64,000 bases of DNA from Octopus sinensis. Taxonomy: Eukaryota. The position numbers and the translations under genes were made by a program. Below, piece after piece: positions 26,100 through 39,246 of this stretch. Location of the stretch: positions 3,906,001 to 3,970,000 of the forward strand of contig NC_043010.1 of NCBI RefSeq assembly GCF_006345805.1, written 5' to 3'. Within the stretch, counting starts at the first letter, position 1, and each line of letters opens with the position of its first letter. The notes below the pieces were generated by a model. It made no database searches. It was given only the letters and a program-made list of their open reading frames with translations, and was not told the origin of the DNA.

Positions 26100-26510
26100 G
26101 TAATTTTTAACAAAATTTTCCTTTTTGATTATGAAATTTTGTCATAAAGTTGAAATGAAAAATGTCTCACAAATTCATTCTCATAATTAATTTTCATTAC
26201 TACATTTATTAATCCTGAATATTATTTTTTTTAAATACCAATTTATATAACCAAATATTTCAACTAGATAGTATAAAACATTTTTATAACTTTTGATTAG
26301 GAGGTTTTAAAAGGAAAACACACAAAATTCATCGTCATCAGAAGAGCCATTTCTAACAGATTAGAAAATAAGTAACTTGTTTATTTTCATTATTGCCACA
26401 AACTCAGAAACTCAACAAATCTTTAGATTTAAAAGTATCACAGCTATCTATCTATCTGTCTGTCTGTCTGTCTATTTGTCTGTCTGCCTGCACCCCGCTC
26501 TCTCTATATA

Positions 26511-27762
26511 CAGGGGTTGGACAAAAATAAAGGAAACACCTGGCATCATAGCATCATAATTTTGGAATATCTATAAAACCGTCAAAAGGCTTGTTTGTTT
26601 TATGTTTTTCTGATTTATTATTAGTGTTGCTCAATAGGTTTTGCTAAAATTGCTGTTTCTTTTCAGATATCATCAGAAAGAGGTTATTAAAATTCATTAA
26701 AATGACAGATCTATTGGACTTTCAAAGAGGTCAAGTTGTTGGTGCTCGTATGGCCGGCATTAGCATTATGAAAACAGCCAAAATGTTTGGTGTATCTAAA
26801 AGTACAGTCTTGAAAGTAATGACAGCCTTTGAGAAAGAGGGAAAAAAAAACCTCCTTGTTGAAACAAAACTCCGGAAGAAAACCAAAACTTTCAGAATTG
26901 TTAGAAAGGATCACAAAAGTACAGCTCCCAAAATTACTGCAGAGCTTAATGACCACCTCGAGAACCCAGTTTCCACAAAAATTGTTTGCCTGGAGTTGCA
27001 CAAAGCCAGATTTCATGGGAGGGCTGCGATCAGAAAACTGCTACTCTCAAAAATAAATGTTGCAAAGCATTTACAGTGGAGTAAAAACCTACAGAATTCA
27101 TCCCTAGAGCAATGGAAGAATATTATTTTCTCGAATGAGTCAACCTTTACCCTATTTCCGACCACTGGCTGAGTATACATATAGAGACAGCCAAAAGAAG
27201 CATTTGATCCAGTCTGCCTTCTTCCAACTGTTAAACATAGAGGAGGATCTGTAATGATCTAGGGGGCTATATCTTGGAAATCCGCCAGCCCAATGGTTTC
27301 CCTTCATGGCAGAATTAATAGTCAAGACTATTTAAGCATTTTATCTAATCAAGTTCATCTTATGGTTACAGAACTGTTTGGAGGGAAACGCAATCTTTCA
27401 GGATGATAATGCACCAATTAACACAGTTAAATTTGTTACTGAATGGCATGAGGAACATTCTAGTGAAGTTGAACATCTTATCTGGCCACCACAGTCCCCA
27501 GATCTCAATATTATTGAACATTTATGGTACATTTTAGAAAAGCAAGTAATGAGTTGATATCCTCTACCATCATCACTACAAGAACTGGAGACTGTTTTAC
27601 CTGAAGAATGGACAAAAATTCCTTTGGAAACAATTCAAACTTTGTATGAGTCCATACCTAATTGAATTCAAGCTGTAATATCTGCCAAAGGCAGTCCTAC
27701 CCCATATTAAAATTTATTTGTTTGAAATTTTAAGGTGTTTGCATTATTTTGTCTGACCCCAG
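26511..27762 (+). mobile_element. Full-length but inactivated Tc1-like transposon
   Basis: TA-flanked imperfect TIRs CAGGGGTTGGACAAAAATAA / rc CTGGGGTCAGACAAAATAA; transposase from 26702 with IIFSNES (D to N), TVKHRGGSVMI, QDDNAP, WPPQSPDLNIIEHLW; stops and frameshifts. Confidence 0.93.
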
Positions 27763-28558
27763 TATATATTTGATGCTGTTGGTAGATATTTAGTGTTCTG
27801 GATGAAATAATTCTTATTGTTATGTTTCAGTTTCAGAATATCAAACCATAATGAGTTGTTGGTTCTTAAAGTATTAAGATCAGTAACATTATTATTGATA
27901 TTCTAATCAAGATTATGTTGATTAATAATGCTGTCAATGTTCTTAGGTTTTCTCTACGTAGATGTTAATGACTTATACTCAGTATTTTACAGTTTTTAAA
28001 AGTATATACTCTTTTACTCTTTTACTTGTTTCAGTCAGTTGACTGCGGCCATGCTGGAGCACCGCCTTTAATCGAGCAACTCGACCCTGGGACTTATTCT
28101 TTTTTGTAAGCCCAGTACTTATTCTATCGGTCTCGATAGAATAAAATCTAACCTTATGTATAATTTTATATAACAAGATCCATCAAATATCTAAGGAATA
28201 TCAAAAGTAAGATTGAAATTTATAGAACTACCAAATCTTTAGACAAATTTTAATGTTGTTAGAATTTTACATATGCATAATTCTTCTGCGCTGGAAATCT
28301 TTTATTGTTCAGTAAATAACTAATTTTAAGTCAAATGGTTTGTATTTAAATGTGTAAGTTTTCTACTTTTGTTGGGTGAAAATTAGTTTTTAAGGAAATC
28401 AAATTTGTTGTTATTTTTCATCTTTGTTGTCATTAAACATTAATCTAATAATGATAAGTTATAAACTTCCATCATTTCATACAGTTCACAACTTCAATTT
28501 TAACTACTAAAGTATTATATTTATATCAATAAAAAACATAAACCCCATTGTGTGCTGC

Positions 28559-28795
28559 AAGGTGGCGAGCTGGCAGAAACGTTAGCACACTGGGCGAAAT
28601 GCTTAGTGGTATTTCGTTTGTCGTTACGTTGTGAGTTCAAATTCCGCCGAGGTCGACTTTGCCTTTCATCCTTTCGGGTCGATAAATTAAGTACCAGTTA
28701 TGCACTGGGGTCGATGTAATCGACTTAATACCTATGTCTGTCCTTGTTTGTCCTCTCTGTCTTTAGCCTCTTGTGGGTTATAAAGAAATAGGTAT
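28559..28795 (+). mobile_element. tRNA-derived SINE family C
   Basis: Head GGCGAGCTGGCAGAA...GAGTTCAAATTCC; central GCCTTTCATCCTTTCGGGTCGATAAATTAAGTACC block; reverse copy at 53209-53430. Confidence 0.85.
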
Positions 28796-30061
28796 TAGTG
28801 AATAAAATATTTTGTCTCTTGACAAAAAGAAACAGAATGAAAGAAAGAGAAGTAAACAAGATATTTGAAAGTTTTAAAAAGTTTTCTTCCAAATTCTTCG
28901 TTTACTCATTTGCTAAATACTTTCTCTAACGTTATTAACTAATCCCAGTCGAAGTAATGAATATAGAAGTAAGTAATTAAATGTTTAACAGCAGTGGTCT
29001 GCACTGTTACTTAATGAATATAGCTTGTTCAAAAATCGAATAAATTGGTTTGCTGTAAAGCAGTGGTTCTCAACTGGGTTCCTTATGGTCCCTGAAGATT
29101 TGGTGGAGGTGGTGGTGGTGGGATGCATACAAAAGGAAAGGCTGTACATTTCAGTAGAAACTGATCACTGCCTGGCAAAGGACACTGGTCAAGTATTGAA
29201 CTTTATACTTTCCTCAGAGCAAATCAATTCTTTCTACTTATTGAAGAGTAGAAAATATAGCTTTACATGGCTTAAACCAGCAATTTTAGAAATGTTTGTT
29301 TTACAAAAAATTGGATCAACATAGATTTTCATAATTCAATCAAATTTCAATCAAAATGCCTTTCAAGTACAAATAAAAAGATTTCGCTGAGTCTCTCAGT
29401 TTTCTACAGCTTTTCATAAAATTTACATTGGTGTTAATCATTTAAATTTGAATTCTTTGAAAATAAAATCTAACCTTTCTAATCAATAAACAAATTCTCA
29501 GAGCACAGGTTAAGTACTTCCAGGAAAACCTATCAAAGTTTGTTTCAAACTAAACTTCTAAGTGAGAGTATGGTATCAAAGTGAGAGGTGGTATCAAAAA
29601 GTTCCCAGTCTAGTTCTGCAGTGCACTAACTGACGGCAGCACATGAATGTGTGTATACATCAAGCTACTATTTTCTCCATCACCTGGAATGAGCAACAAG
29701 CCTTTAATGAATCTTTAACAGTAACTGAAGCTTACCCAACATCACTTATTTTCTTGGCCACATACAGGAAAAGTGGCAGTTTAACGAAGGCGCCAGACTA
29801 AAAGTCTATAAAAAAAAATTGAATTTTACCATAATTTCTACATGCGCACATGTACTCTCTCTCTCTCTCCCACACACACACTCTTTCAGTCATCATTTTA
29901 TCAAAAGTATTTCAGCTGAAATATGTCAAATACTATATGTAGCTTGTGGCCTGCTCTGTTCCTCACAAGCATTACAAACTTGAAGGAATTTTATATAAAG
30001 TTAATTGGTAAAGATAAAGCAACGAAGCAAAAAGTTATCCAGTAATTCATTATGGTTGTGA

Positions 30062-30330
30062 ATCATCATCATCATCATTTAGCGTCCGCTTTCCATGCTA
30101 GCATGGGTTGGACGGTTCAACTGGGGTCTGTGAAGCCAGAAGGCTGCATCAGGCTCAGTCTGATCTGGCAGTGTTTCTATGGCTGGATGCCCTTCCTAAT
30201 GCCAACCACTCCGTGAGTGTAGTGGGTGCTTTTTACGTGCCACCCGCACAGGTGCCAGACGGAGCTGGCAAACGGCCACGGACGGATGTTGCAATTTACG
30301 TGCCACCGGCACGGGGGCCAGACGAGGCTA
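30062..30330 (-). mobile_element. Repeat family A copy
   Basis: Reverse complement of 41-259 including the (CAT)n tail. Confidence 0.8.
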
Positions 30331-31541
30331 CAGAAAATATCACTTTGCACCTGTGAATAGCAAACAATCCTTCCCCCTGGGTGGTGAAGAAGACCAGTTT
30401 GCAATGATGTAGTTTGGAGTTTAGTCCCACAACATGGCACTTTGAACAAGTGTCCTCTCCTATAGTCCCAGACCAGCCAATGACTTGCAAGTGAATTCCA
30501 TAGGCAGAAACTGCATGGCAGCCTATCATATGGATATGTGTCTGTGTTTGTCTCTCCTACCCAACTGCATGACAACTGTTGTTGGCTTATTTACATTCCT
30601 CTAACTTAGTGGTTCAGCATTAGTACCAGACTTCAAAACGGGAAAAACAGAATATAAGTCCTGGGGCTTAGTTTGACTAAACAATTCAAGGGGTGCCCTC
30701 ACATTGCTATTATCCAATGACTGAAATAAGTTAAAGATATAATATGTTGTTACAAATGTTCCATACTCATATTTCTCTATTGCTGTTTATACTATTATTA
30801 TTATCACAGCACCGTCACATAGATACATAGAGTAATTTTTGCATTGAAATCATTATTATTCATTTATTCTTTCATTCATTTAATATCCGTTTTTTGATCT
30901 CATGCTAGAATGGATTGGAAAGAAATGTGTGAAGAAACATTTTATGGCCAAATGGCTTTCCTCTAGCCAATCTTTCCCTTCTTTTTTCAAGTAAGGGATC
31001 TTTTTATTTCACTGATTTTCAAAAATGCTGAGCAGTGAGTCATGTGATATATATCAACTGTGAATTATTTCTAAATTTCAAACCACTTCACACAAAAGGT
31101 AACAAGCAAAGCTGTAGAATGCTAACACATCCACACATATCTGTAAAAATTATGAACTTCCATGCAGTTTCTTTCTACCAATTCTATGACAAGGTATTGG
31201 CTGACTGGTGACTATAATAGAAGATTCTGCCCTAGATACTACACAGTGAGACTGGACTTGAAACCATCCTATTCTAACCATTCAGTTATGTCTGTAATTA
31301 TATCTTAGTAATAATATGGATTAAGGATGAAGCTCTGCATATTATATTAATTTTATCATTTTGTCAATATTTTTTTATCGTTGTTTAAGTGAGTCCATCT
31401 TATTTCTATGACCAACAATCTAATATTATGGTTAGCACTTAAATTTTTTTAAAAAGTTTTCCCAAGTGTATTTGTCTACCCATTTATGCATTAAAATATA
31501 TCTACCATTTCAGAGTTTTACTACTTTTTTCACAAAGAGAA

Positions 31542-31572
<31 letters not shown>

Positions 31573-32171
31573 AGTGAGAGAGAGAGAAGAAAGAAAGAGA
31601 GAGAGAGAGAGAGAAAGAAAGAGAGTAAAAGTTGAGTTTGTTGCATTACTTATTTTGAGCACTTGGCAAAGAATATATAGAACTTGTCTACAAAATAATG
31701 TTTATATATGATCCATTGTTTTCTGTTAGAGCATTCAAGTATGATTATTTTTTTATGTAGTTAAGCAAGATCATTTTCTTGATCATATTTTTTTAAAGGC
31801 TATTATTCTGCTCATATTCTTTTGATTATCATCAACCCGTGTAATTAGGTATTTAATTTTCTCTGCAAATCTCTTCTTTCAGTAACAAGCTTGAGAATGA
31901 ATTTCTATGTTCATTTGCTCTGAGCTCCTTGTAATAAAGCTTCAAGTTTTTGTATTCATAAAGCTAAGGCCAGTGATACGGTGGGTGCTTAATAAATACT
32001 GAATTAATCTGAGATGTTGACTTTGGTCTTCAGTTTAGCGCTATAATACATAGACTAACTAATCATAAGATGCCTTTCACCAATGCTTAGCTTTTTTCAA
32101 AAAAGATTTTCAGATTTGAGCATGTTGAAACAGATTGTCTCTCATACAGAAAAAAAAAAAAAGAAAAACAA

Positions 32172-32202
<31 letters not shown>

Positions 32203-33633
32203 GGTATAAAATAATGAAGGGATATTTTGTTAGTGGTCTCTTGTTTTAAGTAAAGGCATTGTGTTATCTGAGATTAATGGGTTTTTTTCTCTCTCTAAGA
32301 ATCTCAGAAAGCATGACATGTTTCTCAGCTTACACTCTATTGATAGTCATGCATGTATATATTGTTGTGATCTATACGGCTGTCCCTTTAATCAGATCAA
32401 TATAGATTAGTTTCTTTCCACTGATAATTCAGGCTGTGCATCCTCTCAGGAACACTTCTAATGTTTTCTGTTTTTATTGTCACAATGCTAGAACCAACCT
32501 TATTAACTTTACACAGATATATATATATATTTCTTTTTTTTATTGATATCATGATTTGTCTTCACCATCTGACATGCAATCTTCTCACATTCCATCCTGC
32601 TTACACCATATTTAGAATATTCATGCTGAAACTACAACCATTCTTGCCAATTATATATGCTTTCTAGACTTCTAGCTATTTTACTAAGCATGATGAGATA
32701 AGAAGTATTTTATTCTATTCTCTAAACATGATGAAAAGTACTCTATTCAGTAACCCTTCTTGAACAAAACTATGGCTGAGGAATACTTTTATAGCCTCAA
32801 ACAACAAGACGGTGACTGTGTTTGATATATAGAAAAATGTAGGTTTGTGTTCAATAACAGATACACAATGCAATCAGTGAATGTGCTGTATATTTAGTAG
32901 TATTTTATGTAGGCTTACTGTGAATGAACACCTCAACTTATAGAGATACAGAGAAGCCTATGAAATAAACACCTGAAAGACTAAAAAAGTTAATAGATGT
33001 TGGAATTTATTATTGTAAGAGGAGCAAACATGTTAAGATTGTAAATTTAAGGTAGAGGTAATTTTATTATATATCCAACCATTCCCTGTATAAAAGAGTG
33101 ACTGGTTTATATTTAGTTCCAAATCAGCCTGGAACATGCATATATAAGATTTAAAGGCATTCCAGCTGTGTCCATTTCACTATTCTTGTATATATATTGG
33201 ATTACAATGACCAATGTCTCCTTATATTTTAAGATGGTAATACATGATTTAATGGATTTATGGCTACTATTTCTAGCAGGTCAAATGATATTGAAGAGGC
33301 TCCCTCATTAGTTTTAGTGGCATGGTATGGATATTAGAAGTTCTGTGCCTTTAAGCATTAAGACAGGCAAAAATAGCTGCATAACCCTCCATTTTTTAAT
33401 GGAATACTTTTGAGTGATACAATCTGATATATATTTATATATATATATATAAATATATATAAATATACATATTATTTTATTGGATGGATGTAAGTTCGTC
33501 CCTTTAACTGGAATTATTTCCAAAGATTTCTAATGTCTTTTTGTCATACTTTACTTTCGAATTATCTTATATAAATTTGTATAGGTATGAAAGCTTGTAT
33601 AAAAATAAGTCATACACTGATTATTTATATATA

Positions 33634-33890
33634 TAAAATTATAATTTAGGGCATCTAAGAGATACCACCATGCTGGAAATAGCAGTCAAAACTTGACTCT
33701 AAAGCCACATTAAATGTTCATACATCACCGGGAGAGAAAACAAAGAAACAAAATAAACTACCAAAAAATTACTTGCTAGTTTATTTTCTCTCCTGGTGCT
33801 GTATGAACATTTAATGTGGTTTTAGAGTCAAGTTTTAACTGCTATTTCAAGCGTGGTGATATCTCTTAGATACCCTAAATTATAATTTTA
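33634..33890. mobile_element. Foldback/MITE element with about 107-bp inverted arms
   Basis: 33634-33740 is a near-perfect reverse complement of 33784-33890 (few mismatches). Confidence 0.85.
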
Positions 33891-33986
33891 AATGATTATT
33901 ACCTTTGAAAGTGAAAGGTTTTTATTCCCATGCTGGCCACCTGATAGGATCGGTATTTAATATCGATCTTATCCATATTTACATAA

Positions 33987-34035
<49 letters not shown>

Positions 34036-37000
34036 CATACACACACAACTTTCATTCTATCTTTCTTTTAATCTTCTCATCTCTATGCTTTCCTTTCCAT
34101 TCCTATAGAACATCATTTTCCATCACATTACTTATACACATGCCTTGTCCTAATGCTGTTTCAGAGCTGTACGACCTTTATTTTGTTTGTATATTTATAT
34201 TCATACCAACTATCTTTGTCGTGTTTGCTTTTGTCACTGTTTGCTCATTATTCCCAGCACCTTTTTGCTGTTGACACCACCAAAATGAACAGTAAATGTT
34301 GATGATGATAATGATAATGATGAATCATCTCTTGCTCTCCCATATACTCTTGCAGCTTCTACCCATCTACATTCTCCTGTCCCTACTCACTTCTGCTCAC
34401 CTAATATTTAGAGGATACATCTTGACACTTCATCACCACTAATTTTATCTTTTTCCAGCTCCATCCCTTTCACACTTACCCTCTATTCTATAATTTGAGT
34501 AGCTCCTCTACTGCATGAAATCTGTTCTGGTCCCTTTTCTTACACTTCAACACCTCCTCATCTAGCAGCATAAGGTTGCCTTCCTCTCTACTGTAGCCCC
34601 ATTCTATCAAAAGAGATCTTAATCTTGTAGGTTGCATGGTGACCTCATTAGTGGTGGTACCATGAAAAATAGTACCCAGTGGCTGGGAGAGAACATCAAG
34701 TCATAGAAGTCTTGCCGAAGAAAGCATTGGAACATGGTGTAGTGTTTGGGATTGTCAGATTCTGTTAAAACATCTAACTTGTGTCAAGATGAAACTTGGG
34801 TGTTAAATGTTGATGGGATGGTGGTGGTGGTGGTGGTGGTGGTGATAAAGATTGGCTTTGTTGTTACTCTGAGGTTCTTGCTTATTTATGTGCATTCCAC
34901 TCTGTGAACAAATTTCCATTGGTGAGGGGCACAGAGTGACAACAGCATGAATTACCAGTTTTGAATATATAAATTCAACTGCAGGTATTGGGTAGTTTTC
35001 TCCTGTTTGTACATTCAATTACAAATGTATTTGCATCCATGCATCATTATGTCACATGCACACACACACTTATATAGAAATGTAAATTTAAATTACATAA
35101 CATCTAACCAGTATTTAGGACTTGATACGCAAACTTCTATAACAAAAGAGAAAATTAAAGAGAACTTGTGTTATAGTCCAGGTTTCCTTTCACTGGTCTT
35201 TACAGTTTGAAAGATCACTGAGTACAAATAAAAACAAAATGAAACAAAACTGGACAGTATATTTGTAAATTACCCATATTTCATCAACAATTTCTGTTAT
35301 AGAAGGAAAAATTGTAACTAAATTATCAATGAACAAACACTCCAGTTTTGTTACATCCACACACAGACTCATACACACTCATTATATGATATTATATAAT
35401 GCTTGTGTAAGTATGTATATATATATATAGGGAGAGTTTACGAAAAAAACAAAAGTCGAAGACGGGGTGTACAAAACAAACAGATGTATTAGTATAACGC
35501 TCAGGAATAGAAAAAAGTCTTTTATGTTTCGAACCTACGCTCTTCTACACTATATAGTGTATATATATTATATAATATTTTACATTTATCTAATATGTAA
35601 ATATTATAATACACATATAAAAGCACTCACACACACACACACAAACAAATATTTATATAGATGTATGTATAAGTGTGTATATTTTACATAGTTGAGCAGT
35701 TTTAGCTTAGAATGCACAAAACGTATATTCTTCATGTTAGTTAGCCTTACTAGATTTCTAAAACCAGTCAATGTAACCAATATTTGGTGACTGAGTTAAG
35801 CGTGCTCAGGAATTAACAAACAGGCTAATTCTCTTAGTGTTGTATGATAGTCAATAAAATATTCAACAGATTATATTGCAACCCGAATTATATTGAATAT
35901 AAACTTTGTGGCAAATAGACAGTATGAAATGCTCTCATTATCATCATCATCGTTTAACGTCCGTTTTCTGCGCTAGCACGGGTTGGACGCAAAGAGTCAG
36001 CAGAAGTTCGCCATTACCTTCTGCTGGAACCGCGTGAAGCTTAGTTGTTTCACTCATAAACACACACATTGTCCGGTCTGAGATTCGAATCCGTGATCGC
36101 TCGACCGCGAGTCTGCTGCTCTAACCACTAGGCCATGTGCTCTCTTAATTATAATTACTTACTTCATCCTATTTTGTTGACAGTAAACAATAACATTGAC
36201 AATTTATTTTGAATAATTGTTATATAGAAATAATCATGTTGTAAAGTTATAGTTATTATTATTGTTATCATTTTTCATATAAAATCAACATAAAACTGAG
36301 TCAATTAATCTTAAGTTCAGATTTCGTTGAATGCAAAAATAAAAATAAAATTCAAAAAACAAAGTAAATTGTAATAGCAAAAATTATAATGACATTTATG
36401 GACTATGAATTTTTGTCTTTTGAGAGAAAACAAAAAGAAAGCGGTTTAGATAAGAAACTTTTTTAGAAAATAGTTACAATATTGATATAAATATTGATCA
36501 ATAGTCATAGATAAAACGTTATATGACCATAAGATACTTCATGAGGCCTTTAGGTTAGAGGATCATATTCTTTGAAAGACAGTTTTAAAATATTAGAATA
36601 ATAAAAAGATTATGATTTCTTTTTTTTTTTTTTGAGAATATCACATTAAAATGCTAAATTTTTCATTATTGCTGTCCCCCATTTCATTTCTTTCACCACA
36701 TTGTAATAATTCATTTTGTTTCAAAGGAAAAGTGACCATCATGTCAATTCTAAAATTAGTCTAAAGAGGTGAAACAAGATTACATTGAAATTCTTAAAAT
36801 ATGCTTTAAATTAATACCTAAATATTGATAATTTGTACTTTAAAAAAAATCAAACAATTCAAATTAGATAAAACTAAAAAAGTATCTTAAGGCTTACTTA
36901 AAAAATAGAATTAAAGGATTAAATTAAGCTATATAGTCACAGTTATTCGTACAGTTAATTTATTTCTTTACAAGTTTATGAAGAAAAGAAACGCCATTTT

Positions 37001-38348
37001 AATTTGTCAAATGAATTTCTGATCAAAATGAATGAACCTTTTCTTTTAGAAATCAAAACTTTTTCAATTGTAATTATATTTTCAGATTTAACTATTAATT
37101 GATACTTGAAAAGATACAATTCATTTAATTGATGTAGCACTTAGCAACTGTTATTTGTTACAATTATAAATAAAGAGAAAGAAAAAGAAATATATATAAA
37201 ATTTTCTTTTCTTATATCTATTTTTTTGCTATTATTGCTTTTTTTTTCTTACTTTAGATGATTTTATGGTGCCATGTAACTAATTGTGAAATTAAATTGT
37301 TCATGTAGAAAACGACAAGAACAATACTGTTTGAGAATGATTACGTTTTGAAGTCATTAAACTATATTCTATAAAAGAACATTATTATTGTTTCCACAAA
37401 CAGTAAAAAGTAAAAAAAGTAGTGAAATCTCTGTTAAAATTTTTTGCATTCATAAGGGATATCTAAAAGTAAACAGTAACTATTAATCTATAGAATTAAA
37501 GAAAAATATGAGATTTTTAATTTTCTCAGGCAGTGATGTGAGACTAAACTTATTATATACAAGACTGAAGCATTAGAAAGAAATCCTTAATTTGTCAAGT
37601 TAATTAAAGGCTGTTATTTCTGATATCATTATGTCATGATTTGGACCTTATTTATATTTTTTGTCCCTGAAGGATGTTTTAAGACTGTTGCTGATTTGTG
37701 TTCTACTGATTCTTTCTCAAAATTCTAGAGCCATATTTTTGGCACACTTATTTTTAAATAATTGAGAAGTAGTGCATTAATTTTGTCATGGAACAAAAAC
37801 ATTATTCTTCATGCCCCTTGGACTCAAACTACAACTAGAGCAACAGCTGTAGCTGGTATAACTTCCTGAAATGTGAAACCTTGTGCCTCTACCAGAAAGC
37901 AATATAGTTTTACAATTTGCTATGGTTCATTGAAGGTGTTTGATTCTTATAATGTTAAGTTATTGAACAGTTTAAGTTTCAGCAGAACAAATTTTTCATA
38001 TTCCATCTCTGAATATACAAATCAACTTTTGGTCATTATATGAATGCTACATTTTTATTGAAATACTCTTTCTGTAATCATGTATTACCTCTTTGTTCAT
38101 AATTTTTCATGATTAAGTTATATATTTGTCTGTGTATTAGTGATAAATTATTTCCCTTGTATTTTATCAAGACTTTGTTTTTGTTTTTCTTATTTGTATG
38201 TCTGTGACCTTTTGCCAGTCTCTCCAAAAATAAATATATCAAACTGAACTTATCAGATGTTTAATAGCATTGTTACATCCTTATTGTATTAAATATATTT
38301 TACTTGATATTTGAGATTTCACTATTTCGTTGTGAATTTGTTCTAGTA

Positions 38349-39246
38349 CATGGTCTGATCAATAAGTATCCGAACTGTCACCATCGTAACGAAGCTAAAG
38401 CAGGTAGAGCAAAGCTGCTTGGCATAGATTGACTTTGAACACTGCTATGCTATGCATGTGCACTAAGCTTTAATGTTCTAGCTTACTTCCACTGTTCACA
38501 GCAGTGCTTGGAAGGAAGGTGTGTAGCGTGTGATCATCACATTGACCATGACAGAGAAAGTCAAGCAGAGAATCTGCATCAAATTTTACCAAAAGCTTGG
38601 CAATACCTGCTCAGAGGCCTATGCAAAGTTTTCAAGAAGTTTTCATCATTCTCGGCACATTCAAAGAGATCTTGTGCAATTGAAACCCAAGTGTATTTTT
38701 GGTCAGCTGAAAGCAGTTTGGGCACAAACTTGGCAGATATACATCTCATCCCCAAATCTTCTGTGATAATGGACTGAACTGAATCGTAACTAACCTTCAC
38801 ATCCTCTGATAACTCATGGATGGTGATTTGATGATTTCTCCTCACAGCTGCATGCACATCTGCAATGTTTTTCTCAGTTCTGCTGGTTGCGGGTCACCAA
38901 GAACTTTTGTCAATATTGACATTTTTTTGGCCATCTTGGAAATGTCTGAACCACTTGTAAACTTGTGTGCAGCTCATACACTCCTCTCCATACACTTTCT
39001 GCAATTTTGCATAGGCCCCTGAGCAGGTATTGTCATGACAATTTTCTCTGTCATGGTCAATGTGACGATCACACACTACACACCTTCCTTCCAAGCACTG
39101 CTGTAAACAATTGAAGTAAGCTAGAATCTTAAAACTTAGTCTGCATGCACAATGGAGTTCAAAGTCAGTCTTTGCCAAGCAGCTTTACTCTGTGCTTTAT
39201 TTTCCTTACTATGGCAACAGTCCATATACTTATTGATCAGACCTCG
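38349..39246. mobile_element. Mariner derivative made of two inverted 5' ends
   Basis: TA-flanked TIRs GGTCTGATCAATAAGTAT; transposase start MTEKVKQRICIKF on + (left arm) and N-terminal half (KWFRHFQDG...KFVPKLLSADQK...ENDENFLK) on - (right arm); no catalytic DDD region. Confidence 0.88.

Noticed and set aside
35431-35550. Second hammerhead-like remnant (GAAGAGCGTAGGTTCGAAAC on the minus strand)
   Set aside because: The CUGANGA core is missing or truncated; at most a dead Penelope terminal fragment.
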